This document shows, in pieces, positions 1 through 12,039 of a stretch of DNA of 64,000 nt; position 1 is the first letter of the stretch; each line of letters opens with the position of its first letter. The notes beneath the pieces were generated by a model. That model was not told the origin of the DNA and did no database searches. It saw only the letters and a list, made by a program, of their open reading frames with translations. The position numbers and the translations under genes are program-made. Source of the DNA: Octopus sinensis (Eukaryota); NCBI RefSeq assembly GCF_006345805.1, contig NC_042998.1, forward strand, positions 9,362,001-9,426,000, written 5' to 3'.

Positions 1-381
1 AGAATGTTGGCCTTAAAACCTCTTGATATCCCTATTTGTCTTGGATCTTCAATCTCATTAATATTGAACTATCAATATCCATCATTCCACACCAAGCAAA
101 CCATTTTTTTTAAACATTCAGCAACAAACAAAAACAACTTTTCGGTGTCAAACTTTCCCCAAATTTCCAAATTATCAAATTGCTTTGGTTTCAGATTCCA
201 CTTTATTAATTTTGGTTTATTAATGATAATAATTAGGACATTCAACCTAAATTGGATGTGTTGTTTAGAACACCTTAACCTGCTGTAAGCATCCAGAGAT
301 AGTATCTCGTATTGATGACCTGTACTAATTAAGCACCAACTAGATCGGCTGATGATATGGTTGTCTACACTGATGGATTGC

Positions 382-431
382 ATTACTGTATCACAGAATT
401 TCACCATTAGTTGTGGATCATCAGCAATAGC
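382..431 (-). ncRNA. Degenerate type I hammerhead ribozyme motif (H1, left arm)
   Basis: Minus strand reads GCTATTG-CTGATGA-T-CCA-caactaa-TGG-T-GAAA-TTCTGTGAT-A-CAGTAAT. Stem I TATTG/CAGTA gives 5 bp including one G-U pair. Confidence 0.45.
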
Positions 432-689
432 CGGCCTTGGACCAAAATCAAGAGTGAAAATCCTTCAAACCAATATATAGTATAATAATGGCCAAAGAAC
501 CAATGATGTTGCGAAAGCCGACAAGGCTATGAATAAATTAGCAGTTAGCAACAGTTACAAACATTGCTCCTATTACTAATAGCTAATTTATTTGTAGCCC
601 ACTGGCTTTTCGCAACATCACTAGTTGTTTGGTCATTATCATACTACATCAGTACAATGACTTTTGCTCTGGCACTTGGTGCAAGGCTG

Positions 690-739
690 GCTATTACTGA
701 AGATCTGCAGCTAACAGTGAAATCACATGATGCACTAGT
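690..739 (+). ncRNA. Degenerate type I hammerhead ribozyme motif (H1, right arm)
   Basis: CTGAAGA at 697-703, CTG/CAG stem II, GAAA at 719-722, near-palindromic ATCACATGAT stem III. Position 17 is G, so this copy is probably inactive. Confidence 0.45.
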
Positions 740-1478
740 ACCATCCACCGGTGCAAATGATCATTTTGTCAGCCAATCTAGTTGCCACTTAATTAGTACA
801 TGTCATCAACATGAGCTAGTATCTCTGGGCATTTACTGCAATTTAAGGCATTCTAAACAACAAATCCAATTTACACTGGATGGACTAGTTATTATTTGTT
901 GCAAACACTGCTCCTATTGCTAATAGCTAGTTTACCCATAATTAATCCAAAAGTTCTAAGGTATTAGTTATTTAATTACCAGTGTCAATTTGCACCTCAG
1001 TGTTAACACTGAGTTTTTACATTGATCACTGTTGTGTTTTTTAGGCCAGTTTTACAAATGCATTGCAGAATTTTCAATTTATTTATTTTTGTATATTTAC
1101 TTACTTTTTGTATATTTATTTACATGTTTTATACATGCAATACATTTAGAATACATTTTACTAAATGCTGGGTAATTTGATAAAGCATGCTTATATTCAC
1201 AAAAAGCAACATATTGAACTAGATCTATATTTGTTTCTATAAACATGTGACACAGGGATATCAAAACCACCCCTTTTTCCTCTCTCTCTCTCTCTCTCTC
1301 TTTTCTAGTCATCTGAAATTAAGAAATCATTTCAAGCTGTTGAATGAATTCAATGTATGCATTAAACTTTGTATCACCTGACTGAAGATACATTCATGCT
1401 TTTCTGCAGTGCTCAAATGATTAAGTAACATGAGTCTCATTTGAATGATATTGTTTGCTACACTTCGTCCTTTATTTC

Positions 1479-1780
1479 CCGCCTGGCCCCCTTGCCGGTG
1501 GCACGTAAAAGCACCATCCATTCGTGGCCATTGCCAGCCTCACCTGGTCCCTGTGCCGGTGGCACGTAAATAGCACCATCCGTCCATGGCCGTTTGCCAG
1601 CTCCGGGTGGCACGTAAAAAGCACCCACTACACTCACGGAGTGGTTGGCGTTAGGAAGGGCATCCAGCTGTAGAAACTGCCAGATCAGATTGGCCTGGTG
1701 CAGCCTTCTGGCTTCCCAGACCCCAGTTGAACCGTCCAACCCATGCTAGCATGGAGAGCGGACGCTAAATGATGATGATG
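1479..1780 (+). mobile_element. Family C: 5'-truncated RTE-LINE 3'UTR or RTE-tailed SINE
   Basis: Three GGTGGCACGTAAAA(A)GCACC modules, then ...ggttggcgttaggaagggcatccagc... and a (GAT)n tail; recurs many times in the window. Confidence 0.8.
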
Positions 1781-2035
1781 TTCGGAATTCACAATAAGCT
1801 GACTTGCACAATCTCTGAGAAAAACTTTGAATCAAGTTGGATTTTGGTTTTGCAATGAGAATATGACCCTTTTAAGTAATTATTATTAAATTTTTGGGGA
1901 TGAACTTCATCACAGATCTTAAACTACTAAAATCTATTTCTTCAAGCTTAGGGGATTCAGTAATACTGAAACTTTTTGTATGGTCATCCTACATGATTTT
2001 GCTAACAACATATATTTGTTTTTAATCATTTAGAG

Positions 2036-2236
2036 CAGTGGTTTTCACCCAGGGTTCCACCAGTACAGTCTAGGGGTTCCGCAAGAAGTTACAAAACTGC
2101 TAAAATCGGCAGTAATTTTTAATTCTCCTGTGCAGATATGTGTGCATAAGACTATTAAATTATTGCACAGAGGTTCCTCGAGCCAGTGGAATGTTTCCTT
2201 CGAGTTCCACTCCAGCAAAACGTTTGAAAAGCACTG
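2036..2236. mobile_element. hAT-type MITE
   Basis: TIRs CAGTGGTTTTCA / TGAAAAGCACTG and a perfect 8-bp TSD ATTTAGAG at 2028-2035 and 2237-2244. Confidence 0.85.
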
Positions 2237-2432
2237 ATTTAGAGACCAACAACTTGTTTGTTCTTATAGCAACAGAGCAATCACAACTGAACCACTATTA
2301 TATGTGGGTCATTGGATGGGAATTTCTTATTAAGTGGTAACATCATTGTTGTGTTGTAGTGTATATATCCTAGTAAAGCCCACTCTTAGACCTTTTTACA
2401 TTAAGAAGCTTTGTTCAACTGAATAACCATAT

Positions 2433-2702
2433 TCTCTCTCTTTCTCTCGTGCTCTCTCTCTCACTCTCTCTCACTCTCTTGCTCTCTCTCTCGCTCGCTC
2501 GCTCTCTCTCTCTCGCTCTCTCGTTCTCTCTTGCTCTCTCTCTCCCTTTTGCTCTCTCTCCCTTTTGCTCTCTCTCCCTCTTGCTCTCTCTCTCTCGCTC
2601 TCTCTCTCTCGCTCTCTCTTGCTCTCTCTCTCTCCCTCTTGCTCTCTCTCTCGCTCACTCTCTCTCTCTCTCTCTCACTCTCTCTCTCTCTCGCTCACTC
2701 TC

Positions 2703-2738
<36 letters not shown>

Positions 2739-3179
2739 GCTCGCTCTCTCTCTCTCTCTTGCTCTCTCGTTCTCTCTTTCTCTCGCTCTCTCTCTTGCTC
2801 TCTCTCTTTGCTCTCTCTCTCTCGCTCGCTCTCTCTCTCTCTCTCTCTCGCTCTCTCTCTTGCTCTCTCTCTCCCTTTTGCTCTCTCTCCCTTTTGCTCT
2901 CTCTCTCTCTGCTCTCTCTCTCTCTCGCTCTCTCTTTCCTCGCTCTCTCTTGCTCTCTCTCTCTCCCTCTTGCTCTCTCTCTCGCTCACTCTCTCTCTCT
3001 CTCGCTCACTCTCTCTCTCTCGCTCTCTCTTGCTCTCTCTCTCTCCCTCTTGCTCACTCTCTCTCGCTCACTCTCTCTCGCTCACTCTCTCTCTCTCTCG
3101 CTCACTCTCTCTCTCTCTCTCGTTCTCTCTTTCTCTCGCTCTCTCTCTTGCTCTCTCTCTTGCTCTCTCTCTCTCTCTC
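2433..3179 (+). repeat. Compound (CT)n microsatellite with CTTG/CTCG interruptions
   Basis: About 750 bp of CT repeat; source of the SL- and ER-repeat pseudo-ORFs. Confidence 0.95.
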
Positions 3180-3649
3180 ATTTAACTGGTAACCACTTTT
3201 AATAATCTGAATCAACATGTGAAATGCATGCACTGTTACCATAACTATTGCATTTAAGATTAGAAAAGATACTCCTTGAAATGGAAATAAACATTTAAAT
3301 GTGATAGTATGAAAAAAAGCATTGCTGGTTTGTTTAGTTGAGGTATGTTTTTCTTTAAATAGTGTCCATCATGTAAATTTACTTCTCCCACTATTGAACA
3401 GCATCTCTGCTGCAAACTTAGAAATTAATGATTCATTTTATTCTAATGTAACCATAAATATTAACTATATACTTTTTTTTTTTATATTTATAAAGGAAGC
3501 AGCAACATCCTATTTGGTTTCAGATATAGATTTCTAAATGTTTAGAGGGAGTGGAAAAAAGGTTCATGGATATGTCAAAAAAAAAAAAAACTTTTATTAT
3601 ACATTTGCTTAACTCGCACTTAAACAAAGTGATTTTTTTCCCCCCTTAG

Positions 3650-3806
3650 GTGGATGGAAGCTTGTACAGATGAAGAACTTCCTACAACAACAGAACTTGA
3701 AGAAGGTCTTCGAAATGGTGTTTACCTGGCAAAGTTGGCTCATTTTTTCGCTCCTAATGGAGCAAAAAGTAAAAGAATTTATGACAAAGAACAAACAAGA
3801 TATAAG
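3650..3806 (+). CDS. IQGAP1: IQGAP1-like coding exon (first in window, 157 nt), start of calponin-homology domain
   Basis: ttag|G acceptor at 3648-3649, AAG|gtaaaa donor at 3807. Encodes WMEACTDEELPTTTELEEGLRNGVYLAKLAHFFAPNGAKSKRIYDKEQTRYK, matching my recollection of human IQGAP1 WMEACLGEDLPPTTELEEGLRNGVYLAKLGNFF...IYDREQTRYK. The symbol marks the family; IQGAP1 vs 2/3 orthology is not resolvable. Confidence 0.95.
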
Positions 3807-4520
3807 GTAAAATATACTAGACCACTTTTTGACCTTGATATGGTCCAGTAGAAAATAGTTCAAAATGTTGCAAAATATGAATGATCTAAATTTTACTGTT
3901 TTTTTTCTTTCTATCTGCCTTTATGGCTCCTTTTTTTTTTTTCATTGTGTATTTTTCCACACTGACATGGGTTGGATGGGTCTGTCATCATCATCTTTTA
4001 ATGTCCGCTTTCCATGCTGGCATGGGTTGGACATTTTGACTGAGGACTGGCAAGCCAGAAGGCTGCACCAGGCTCAAATTGCCTCCTACCTTATTCTTCT
4101 CATCTTGCCTGTGATTTCAGTATTTTTACCACTTAAAGGGAAGTCCACATGTTCATAGCAAACTTAATTATTCCTGCATATCTATATGGTGATCATAACC
4201 TACATACTACAGTTCCTCGTGCATCTTTACAATTCATCTAAATTCACTTGGTGATTTGTAAGAGCTGAAATTGTTTTAAATGTCATCACCATTTAAATTT
4301 TCACTTTTCCATTGCATGGGTTAGGCAGTTTTTGTTGAGGCGAATTTTTCTACAGCAGCTGCCCTTCTTGTTGCCAACCTTCACTTGTTTCCCTGTAAGA
4401 TAATGCTTTCCCATGACCAGACATGTTTTCACAGAAAACTGGAAACAAACTCTGCTTGCATGATGGTGATATTCATTTACAATTATCATGTACTGTCAAG
4501 ATCAGGGAATGTACACATAT

Positions 4521-4692
4521 AGGCATAGGAGTGGCTGTGTGGTAAGTAGCTTGCTTACCAACCACGTGGTTCCGGGTTCAGTCCTGCTGCGTGGCACCTT
4601 GGGCAAGTGTCTTCTACTATAGCCACGGGCCGACCAAAGCCTTGTGAGTGGATTTGGTAGACGGAAACTGAAAGAAGCCCGTCATATATATG

Positions 4693-4727
<35 letters not shown>

Positions 4728-4935
4728 ATATGTTTGTGTGCCTGTGTTTGTTTCCCCAACATCGCTTGACAACCGATGCTGGTGTGTTTATGTCTCCGTA
4801 ACTTAGCAGTTTGGCAAATGAGACCGATAGAATAAGTACTAGGCTTACAAAGAATAAGTCTTGGAGCCGATTTGCTCGACTAAAGGCGGTGCTCCAGCAT
4901 GGCCGCAGTCAAATGACTGAAACAAGTAAAAGAGT
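4521..4935 (+). mobile_element. Family A tRNA-derived SINE
   Basis: Head ggagtggctgtgtggtaagtagc...ggttccgggttcagtcc (A/B-box-like), central (TA)n/(TG)n, tail ...tgactgaaacaagtaaaagagt; flanked by acatat on both sides. Confidence 0.9.
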
Positions 4936-4938
4936 ACA

Positions 4939-5158
4939 TATGAGGGGGTGCCGAAAAGTTCCTGGCTTTTGGGTAAAAGAAAATATAGGAGAATCAGTTT
5001 ATTATGATTTTATTCAACATATTCCCTTCTCAAATTAACACTTATTGCAACAATCCTCCAGTCTTTCCAAGCCCTGTAAAAGAACTTGGAAGGTTGGGCC
5101 TCCAACCAGGCCTTTCATGACGCGCTTAAAGCCAGGGACTTTTCAGCACTCCCTTATA
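4939..5158. mobile_element. Tc1/mariner-type MITE
   Basis: 29-bp TIRs (TGAGGGGGTGCCGAAAAGTTCCTGGCTTT vs reverse complement of right end, 4 mismatches) with TA at both ends. A second, disrupted copy is at about 12040-12777. Confidence 0.8.
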
Positions 5159-5635
5159 CGTGATGGCATTCTTCTAGCTTCCATCTACCAAATCTCCTCA
5201 CTAGGCCTTGGGTGTCCTTAGATAATAAAAGATACTCTCTCAAGTTGTCAAACATTAGGACTGAACCTGAAACCTTTTGATTGGAAAGCAAATTTCTTAC
5301 CACACAGCCACACCTGCATCTATTGTACCTTATTTAAATATACCTGGCAGATAGTTGATGCCATTGTGAGAAATCACCTTTAGTAAACTATGTATCTATT
5401 TTGAAAATTATCAAACAAATGTTTTGTAGGTACTAGCAACAAACAGTTTTTTGTCTCTTGTTGGAGTTGGCTTTGTTTTCCTCCCCAGACAAAACAAAAC
5501 CAACAATGTCCGGGATCAATGGAATTAATTATACTCATTCCATTAATTTCATTATACTATGTACTTTAGTATAAGAGCATATACATAGAAGAGCAACTCG
5601 TTTATATTCTTTTTTTCTTTCTTCTGTTTAATATA

Positions 5636-5878
5636 TATTTCTTTACTACCCACAAGGGGCTAAATATAGAGGGGACAAACAAGGACAGACAAATGGATTA
5701 AGTCGATTACATCGACCCCAGTACGAAACTGGTACTTTATTTATCGAGACCCCGAAAGGATGAAAAGCAAAGTCTACCTCGGCAGAATTTGAACTCAGAA
5801 CGTAACATCAGACGAAATACCGCTTAGCATTTCACCCGGGGTGCTAACGCTTCTGCCAGCTTGCCGCCTTGGCTGTAT
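5636..5878 (-). mobile_element. Family B tRNA-derived SINE (monomer)
   Basis: Minus strand starts ggcggcaagctggcagaa, has B box gagttcaaattc and ends gtgggtagtaaagaaata; 15-bp TSD CTTCTGTTTAATATA at 5621-5635 and 5879-5893. Confidence 0.9.
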
Positions 5879-6214
5879 CTTCTGTTTAATATAAAATTTA
5901 GCTTCTGCTTTCCTCTAATATATCCTGGGTGGTTGAGTTAGTTGTATATTGGACAACTGAGAGAATGGTGGTTTATACATTGTTATTGCTGCATTATGTC
6001 TTGGCCATGACACTTAATTGTCAATGGCAGGATCCATCTAATGCTAAGTAGGTGCCATAAGTGACATACCAAGTGGAAGCAGAACATTAGTTCTTTTCCT
6101 CTTCCGGAAAGTTAGCTGGAATTAAGCAATGTCCTATGCAAGAGGGGATGAACAATCTGTTAAGTTTTAAAGAAACCAGATTTTTAACACCAGCCTTATA
6201 GGTTGCTATGGCCT

Positions 6215-6439
6215 TTGACCCATTAGCATTTAAATCAGTCATATCTGGCCTAAATACCCTACAAGTTTTATGTTCAAACTGGCTAGATCCAGCTTCTCAC
6301 ACCTAACCTACAATGTCATTCTAAAAATAACAATCATATTATCCAAGTTTTAAAGCTGCAAGATAATGCATAATTAATTCAAAACAATGTAAATTATTAA
6401 GCATTACATTTGACAGTAATCTGAATGCTAAAGTGTTAA
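6215..6439. mobile_element. piggyBac-like MITE (old copy)
   Basis: Homologous to 22432-22624 and 63072-63300; degenerate TTAA-CCCTTT termini. Confidence 0.6.
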
Positions 6440-6764
6440 AGAAATAGCTCTCGAAATATGTTAGTTAAAAATCTTAATGTAGTAATCCTTAATGAAGTCA
6501 TTCTGTGTTCATATCAGTTGTGAAATTGTGTGTTCTTTGATATTTGCATATTTTCTATTTGATTAATGTATGAAACAATGATTTAAAGATTAATTAAGGA
6601 AGAAATTCTTGTAAGTAAATTAGTTATAAAGATGATAGTTTTCATTAAAATAAATATTTATATAGTTAGGAATCATGTGTTGCAACACTAACTGGATACT
6701 TGATGTCACATGTAATTTAATGTTTTTGTATATGTTAAATCATTACTACTAGTTATCATTGATG

Positions 6765-6887
6765 GATTGAAGAGAGCTTTAATGTTATATAAAGGGACTG
6801 AAGGGAGCTTTAATGTTATATAAAGGGATTGAAGGGAGCTTTAATGTTATATAAAGGGATTGAAGGGAGCTTTAATGTTATATAAAG
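6765..6887. repeat. 31-bp minisatellite, 4 copies
   Basis: Unit gattgaagggagctttaatgttatataaagg. Confidence 0.9.
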
Positions 6888-8294
6888 AAAAATAAACTTG
6901 TCATTAAGTATTTCGGGTACGTTCTTGTGGCTTTGCCATTTCTTCCTACTCTGCCTGCTTTACTGCTGATATGATCAGTCACATGTTGAATCTGTTATCT
7001 GATATGATTTTACAACCGTATATATTCGTAAACCAAAAAACATCATTCATGACCAGATTGAGAAACTGTGTCAACGTGATACAACCAAATGATACACTGT
7101 AATATCTCCAGAATTAGGTCATCTTTCTTCATTGTGTATTTTGTGTTAATGTTGCATGTTACATCTGTCTTCATATTTTAGTTTCATATAAAGCATTCAT
7201 TCAGGATTGCCAAATAAAAACATGAGTTTAAACTAGTTATGGGAGCTTTCCCAATATATTCATTAGACTCACCGGCATTTTTTGTCAACACCATTATGAC
7301 TTCTCTAACACACGTGAAGATTATAGATATGGTATGTGGAATGAGGAAGAATCACGAAAGTGAGTTCTGTGACACAAATTACTTATCCATTTGCAACACT
7401 GACTTTAAGAAACTGGCTTATAGGTGGATATGCAAGAAAGATAGACTTCACACGGACCAGAGAACATGGATATTAAGTCCTTTTTCTGAAATACACCACT
7501 CAACATAAGCTAATGATTAGCAACCTTAGGATAAAGCTAGATGGATTATGGAGCACATGACAATCAGGCAAAGGAGGGTAAGGAAGCAGAAAAATCCTTC
7601 AGTCAGACTTATATTCAGAAAAGTTCAAATTCAATTAGAGTACTGAGGTTGATGCAATCAACTTACCCACTTCCCTGAAGTTGTTGGTCTTGTAGCAAAA
7701 TTTGAACAGTATTATTACTAATACTGATGGTCGCTGCTGGAACATCTTTGACCATAGGCCTGCTCAATCAGATTTGGCCAAGGATGGGTAGGGCACTAAA
7801 CATCAATTATGATAATGACAACAATACTTTTTTACTCTTTACTAGGTGATGTGTATGATGAGAAGAATGGGGAGATAGACCAGGGGTTGTCTTGTAGAAA
7901 GTGAAATTTCTATAAGACAACTTACTGAGAGCAATGGATCAGATTTTTGATTGATGGAAAGTTCCAACCAGAGAGGTAATCTGATGGTTGATTAGTTCAG
8001 TAAAAAGCCATGCCTTGGAAGAGAGTTTAAAACAATATAAGCAAGCTAGTACAGAATCATGATGTCTAGTAAGATGTTTCATATACTCTGAAATATGAGG
8101 ACCAGAGACTGACAATGTTCTTGCTTGCAAAGTATGATGCCAGTATGGGGGTAAAGTAATGACAGTACACATGCCTTCACTCACACTGAAAAGAAAGAGG
8201 GAAGTTACATACAGAGATATTGTCAGGTGTCAGTTGATGCTTGGTTCTAAACTTACTGTTTGTTATATTTCTGCAAAACAAAACAGTCCATGAA

Positions 8295-8420
8295 AATTCC
8301 TGTATACTGACGACCTAGTTCTCATAGCTGGATCTGTGAAAGATTTTGAGAAATTGCAAGCTTAGATGTAAAGTCTCAAATTGGGGCCTCAAAGTAAACC
8401 TAACAAAGAATATTAGTACT
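8295..8420 (+). mobile_element. Decayed RTE reverse-transcriptase fragment
   Basis: Translates LYTDDLVLIA...KLQA* (YADD-box region), with stops and frameshifts. Confidence 0.45.
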
Positions 8421-8532
8421 CAACATAAAAGATGAGACTATAGCACAGTTTGGGGCGGGGCTAAGCTCAGTATGCAGAAAAGAAATAAGTAGGAATTTTA
8501 TACCGTGTAACCTGTCTGAACTACAGATGCAA

Positions 8533-8911
8533 GAGGCATGGTTGTGTGGTTAAAAAGTTCGCTTTGCAACCACATGGCTTCAGGTTCAGTTCCACTGTGT
8601 GGCACTTTGGGCAAGTGACTTTTATAGCTCTATGCTGAACCAATCAATGTCTTGTGAGTGAATTTGGAAGATGGCAACTGTGTAGAAACCATTGTGTTTG
8701 TTTATGTCACCTTCCCTTATGCACTACTTGAAAACTGGTATTCTTTGGCTTACATCACTATAAATTAGCAATTTGGCAAAAAAAACCGGCCAGTAGAATA
8801 TATACCAGACTTTAAAAATTAAATATTGAGGTTGGTTTGTTTGATTAAACCCTTCAATGTGGTGCTCCAGCATGACCACGGTACAATGACTGAAACAAGT
8901 AAAAGATAAAA
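8533..8911 (+). mobile_element. Old family A-like SINE
   Basis: Diverged head and central domain; tail gtgctccagcatgaccac...tgactgaaacaagtaaaagataaaa. Confidence 0.7.
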
Positions 8912-9536
8912 ACCAGAGTCCAAGTAAATTTGAATTAGGTTTGTATGCTGCAGAGAGACAAGAATTCTAACCTTTTGAGAAAGTCTTTCATTGAAGAGAG
9001 ATCTACTGCAAATATGGCTTTGAAGAATGCATGTGGGGAAGAAAAGAAAGTAACCAGGCAAAATGTTAGATAACTAAGGATAAAGTTACATTTGGAAGCT
9101 TTTAAATGTCATGAGACTAAATGAAATATTCTGTATGTATCCATACAATTTGATAATATTCTTACCGGAGATGTAAAAATTGTATTCAGGGACACGAATA
9201 AGCTGGTGATTTTACATTATTTTAATATTTTAATCTGCTGAAAGACAGCAAGCAGTCTGTTGGAATTAGACATAAATTATCTTTTTTTGTACATGTCATG
9301 TTGACATAATTTTTTTTATTTTTTTATCATATCTTATCATGAATGTCTTTTTGTTAGTCATCTGCTCATTCCAGATAGCCTAGACATTTGAATTATACAG
9401 CCTTTTATTATTTTTGTGAGGATTATCTTTTTGTTGATTAATAATGATAATTCTTGGAATATATTTTCTATTTGAGACTCGACCTTGAAGTTTCGGAGAC
9501 ACAAAAATATTTTAGATTTTACAAAATATCTTAAAT

Positions 9537-9753
9537 ATCATCATCGTTTAACGTCCGTTCTCCATGCTAGCATGGGTTGGACGGTTCGACCGGGGATCTG
9601 GGAAGCCAGAAGGCTGCACCAGGCTCCGGTCCTATCTGGCAATGTTTCTACAGCTGGATGCCCTTCCTAACGCCAACCACACCGTGAGTGTAGTGGGTGC
9701 TTTTTACATGCCACCTGCACGGAAGCCAGTCGAGGCGGCACTGGCTTCGGCCA
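9537..9753 (-). mobile_element. Family C copy
   Basis: (CAT)n tail at the left, one full module. Confidence 0.85.
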
Positions 9754-10162
9754 GTGGGACTAAATATAGTATTTTTTTAAATAATGTTCAGGTTAATAGA
9801 TCCTTTTGAAAATTGCAGTGTTCAAATAACATGCACAGGCCTTACAGAAATGCATTGTTCGTAATAGTTTCACAGTATAAAACTGCCGTAGATGGGTTTT
9901 TTTTTTTTTTTTTTTTTTTTAAATCTTTGAAACTTAATTGTATTCTAGAGAAACTTAATTGTATTCTAGAGGATAAACAAACATAAGTAATCTCAACCTG
10001 TAAATTATTGGTTTTTCTAGTTTACTGGAGGGGTAAATGTGAATTGGATCTCAGCATGACAACCATAGTTCAGTTAAAATTTATCACCTTTATTTTTTAA
10101 AGTTCACTTTTCTATGCTTACATGGGTCTGATGGAATTCATTAAGCAGATTTTCTATGACTA

Positions 10163-10538
10163 GATCCGAATCGTGGCCGATGCCAGCTCCGCCTCGTCTG
10201 GCTCCCGTGTCGGTGGCACGTAAAAAGCACCATCCAAATCGTGGCCGATGCCAGTGCCGCCTCGATTGGCTTCCATGCCGGTGGCACGTAAAATGCACCA
10301 ATCCGACCATGACCGATGCCAGCCTCGCCTGGCACCAGTGCAGGTGGCACGTAAAAAGCACCCACTACACTCACGGTGTGGTTGGCGTTAGGAAGGGCAT
10401 CCAGCTGTAGAAACATTGCCAGATAAGACTGGAGCCTGGTGCATCCTTCTGGCTTCCCAGATCCCCGGTCGAACCGTCCAACCCATGCTAGCATGGAGAA
10501 CGGACGTTAAACGATGATGAACGATGAGATGCCCTTCT
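10163..10538 (+). mobile_element. Family C copy inserted into a family D SINE
   Basis: Three modules and a GAT tail; the D sequence ctagat|gcccttc is split by it. Confidence 0.85.
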
Positions 10539-12039
10539 TGTCACCAGCCCTCAATTGATTCCAAGCAAGGGGATATTTCCCGATGGCCAGACGTGTTTTT
10601 ACAGAAGATTGAGAATAAAATAATACTGCTTGTAAGAGGGTGACACTCATTTGCAGCTATCATGTTACTTCAAAACAAGGAGACACTCGTATGTATTCAC
10701 ACACACTGGACTTCTTTTAGATTCCATTTACCAAATACACACACTCGCAAAATGCTGCAAGTGGGACTAAGTGGGATTGAGAGAAGTGAACTCAATCACA
10801 GTCATACCTAACATAAAGTAAAGAGAAAATTGATAGCAGAATGCTATACTTCAAGATATTCTATTCACTAGCCAACAAGGAAGCTTCTATGCAGTCACTC
10901 AGCTTAAAAGAAATAACAGCTATGTCTTCTTCTAAATCACACCCTGTGATGTCAAAGGAAAAAACATATAGGATAATTTAGACCTACACAGGATGTACAG
11001 GATGGCCTTGCCTGAAATGCTTTCAATTATTGGCAATTAGCGTGGACTAAATATTCACTGTATTGTTTTGTTTGCATTGAAATTTTGAAATGTTTCCGCT
11101 AAAACCAGTCATCAGAAAGGTGTGTGTTACAGAGGCAACAGAAGAATAACTGGTCAAATTCTATAAATTAAAGTTGCTATGAGGATGGGGAGAGCTTCAG
11201 TTCATATCTGGTCTATAAAAGTAATATTTGTGTAGGGGTTGCCGAGTGATCTTTAAAAGTGAAATTGGTTTCTCAGCAGGAGCTTTTTCAGCACATTATC
11301 TCAGTTGATGCTTCTATTCATATTTCTCTGGAGATGTCTTGATTCATAAGATGTTTGACAATTATTCATCTAAAGTATAATTTGAAATGAAAGTTGAAAA
11401 TTTGTTGCATTCTAGAGATTATAGTTTGGCCTCCTGAAAAGGAAATTAAGAAATAGAAGAATTAGTGATGCTTTAAACATATATTCCAATCATAATTTAA
11501 GTAGTAAATAATTGAATTAAGCATTCTCCTATGAAAAATAGTAAACTTGTAACACAACTGATTATGTTTTTATTGGAATTGGTACAATTTCAGAACTGTA
11601 TCTTTTACTGTTTACCTTATATTTATTACAACTGATCGTGAATTATTTGTATACTTTTCATCTTGGATATTTTAAATTTGTCGCTAAGTGACCTTCAGAC
11701 AAGCAATCTATGACCAGCGAAAGTGCATGGTTAATGTGTTACACTCACAATCTTAAGATTCAAGGATCAAGCAATGCATTGTTTTTTTAACAAAACACTT
11801 CATTTCACATTGCTCCAGTTCACTCAGTCATAATTAAGCTCCAACAATCGTTGGGAAGTTAACCCTGCAACAGATTGGTATCTTAGTCTCAATTGCATAC
11901 ACACCATAGAAATTGGGTTAAGCTCTGGACTTAATAGTCCCGGAGTTTATTGCAGATTCTAACCTATGTCCAAGATGTACAGTTTTTGTCAGCAAGCTAC
12001 TCTTCTGAAATTCCATATAAGCTTGAAGCCGGGGGGTGG

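Larger units (their letters stand above)
222..929. mobile_element. Foldback element H1: diverged inverted arms plus partial tandem repeat, Penelope-like-terminus remnant
   Basis: About 222-555 is the diverged reverse complement of about 575-900 (e.g. tgatgttgcgaaagcc vs ggcttttcgcaacatca). A 28-bp direct repeat at 558-585 and 902-929 has 2 mismatches. Both arms carry a hammerhead-like core. Confidence 0.6.
4284..5322 (-). mobile_element. Old family D SINE (A-type head, RTE-type tail) interrupted by a family A SINE and a mariner MITE
   Basis: Tail half at 4284-4520 and head half at about 5160-5322 (ends ...ttaccacacagccacacctgc). Homologous to copies at about 10100-10780, 25872-27300 and 50347-50712. 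Confidence 0.6.

Noticed and set aside
2449-3202. Long SL-rich and ER-rich ORFs, also at 24750-25703 and 40528-41173
   Set aside because: Translations of CT/GA microsatellites that are open in many frames; no splice or homology support.
9564-9809. Recurrent ORF MLAWVGRFD...FLQLDALPNANHSVSVVGAFY, and MLGGQTQT... in family A
   Set aside because: Antisense readings of repeat families; frames vary between copies and no protein family is recognisable.
9929-9970. Exact 21-bp tandem duplication
   Set aside because: An ordinary slippage or repair duplication with no further structure.
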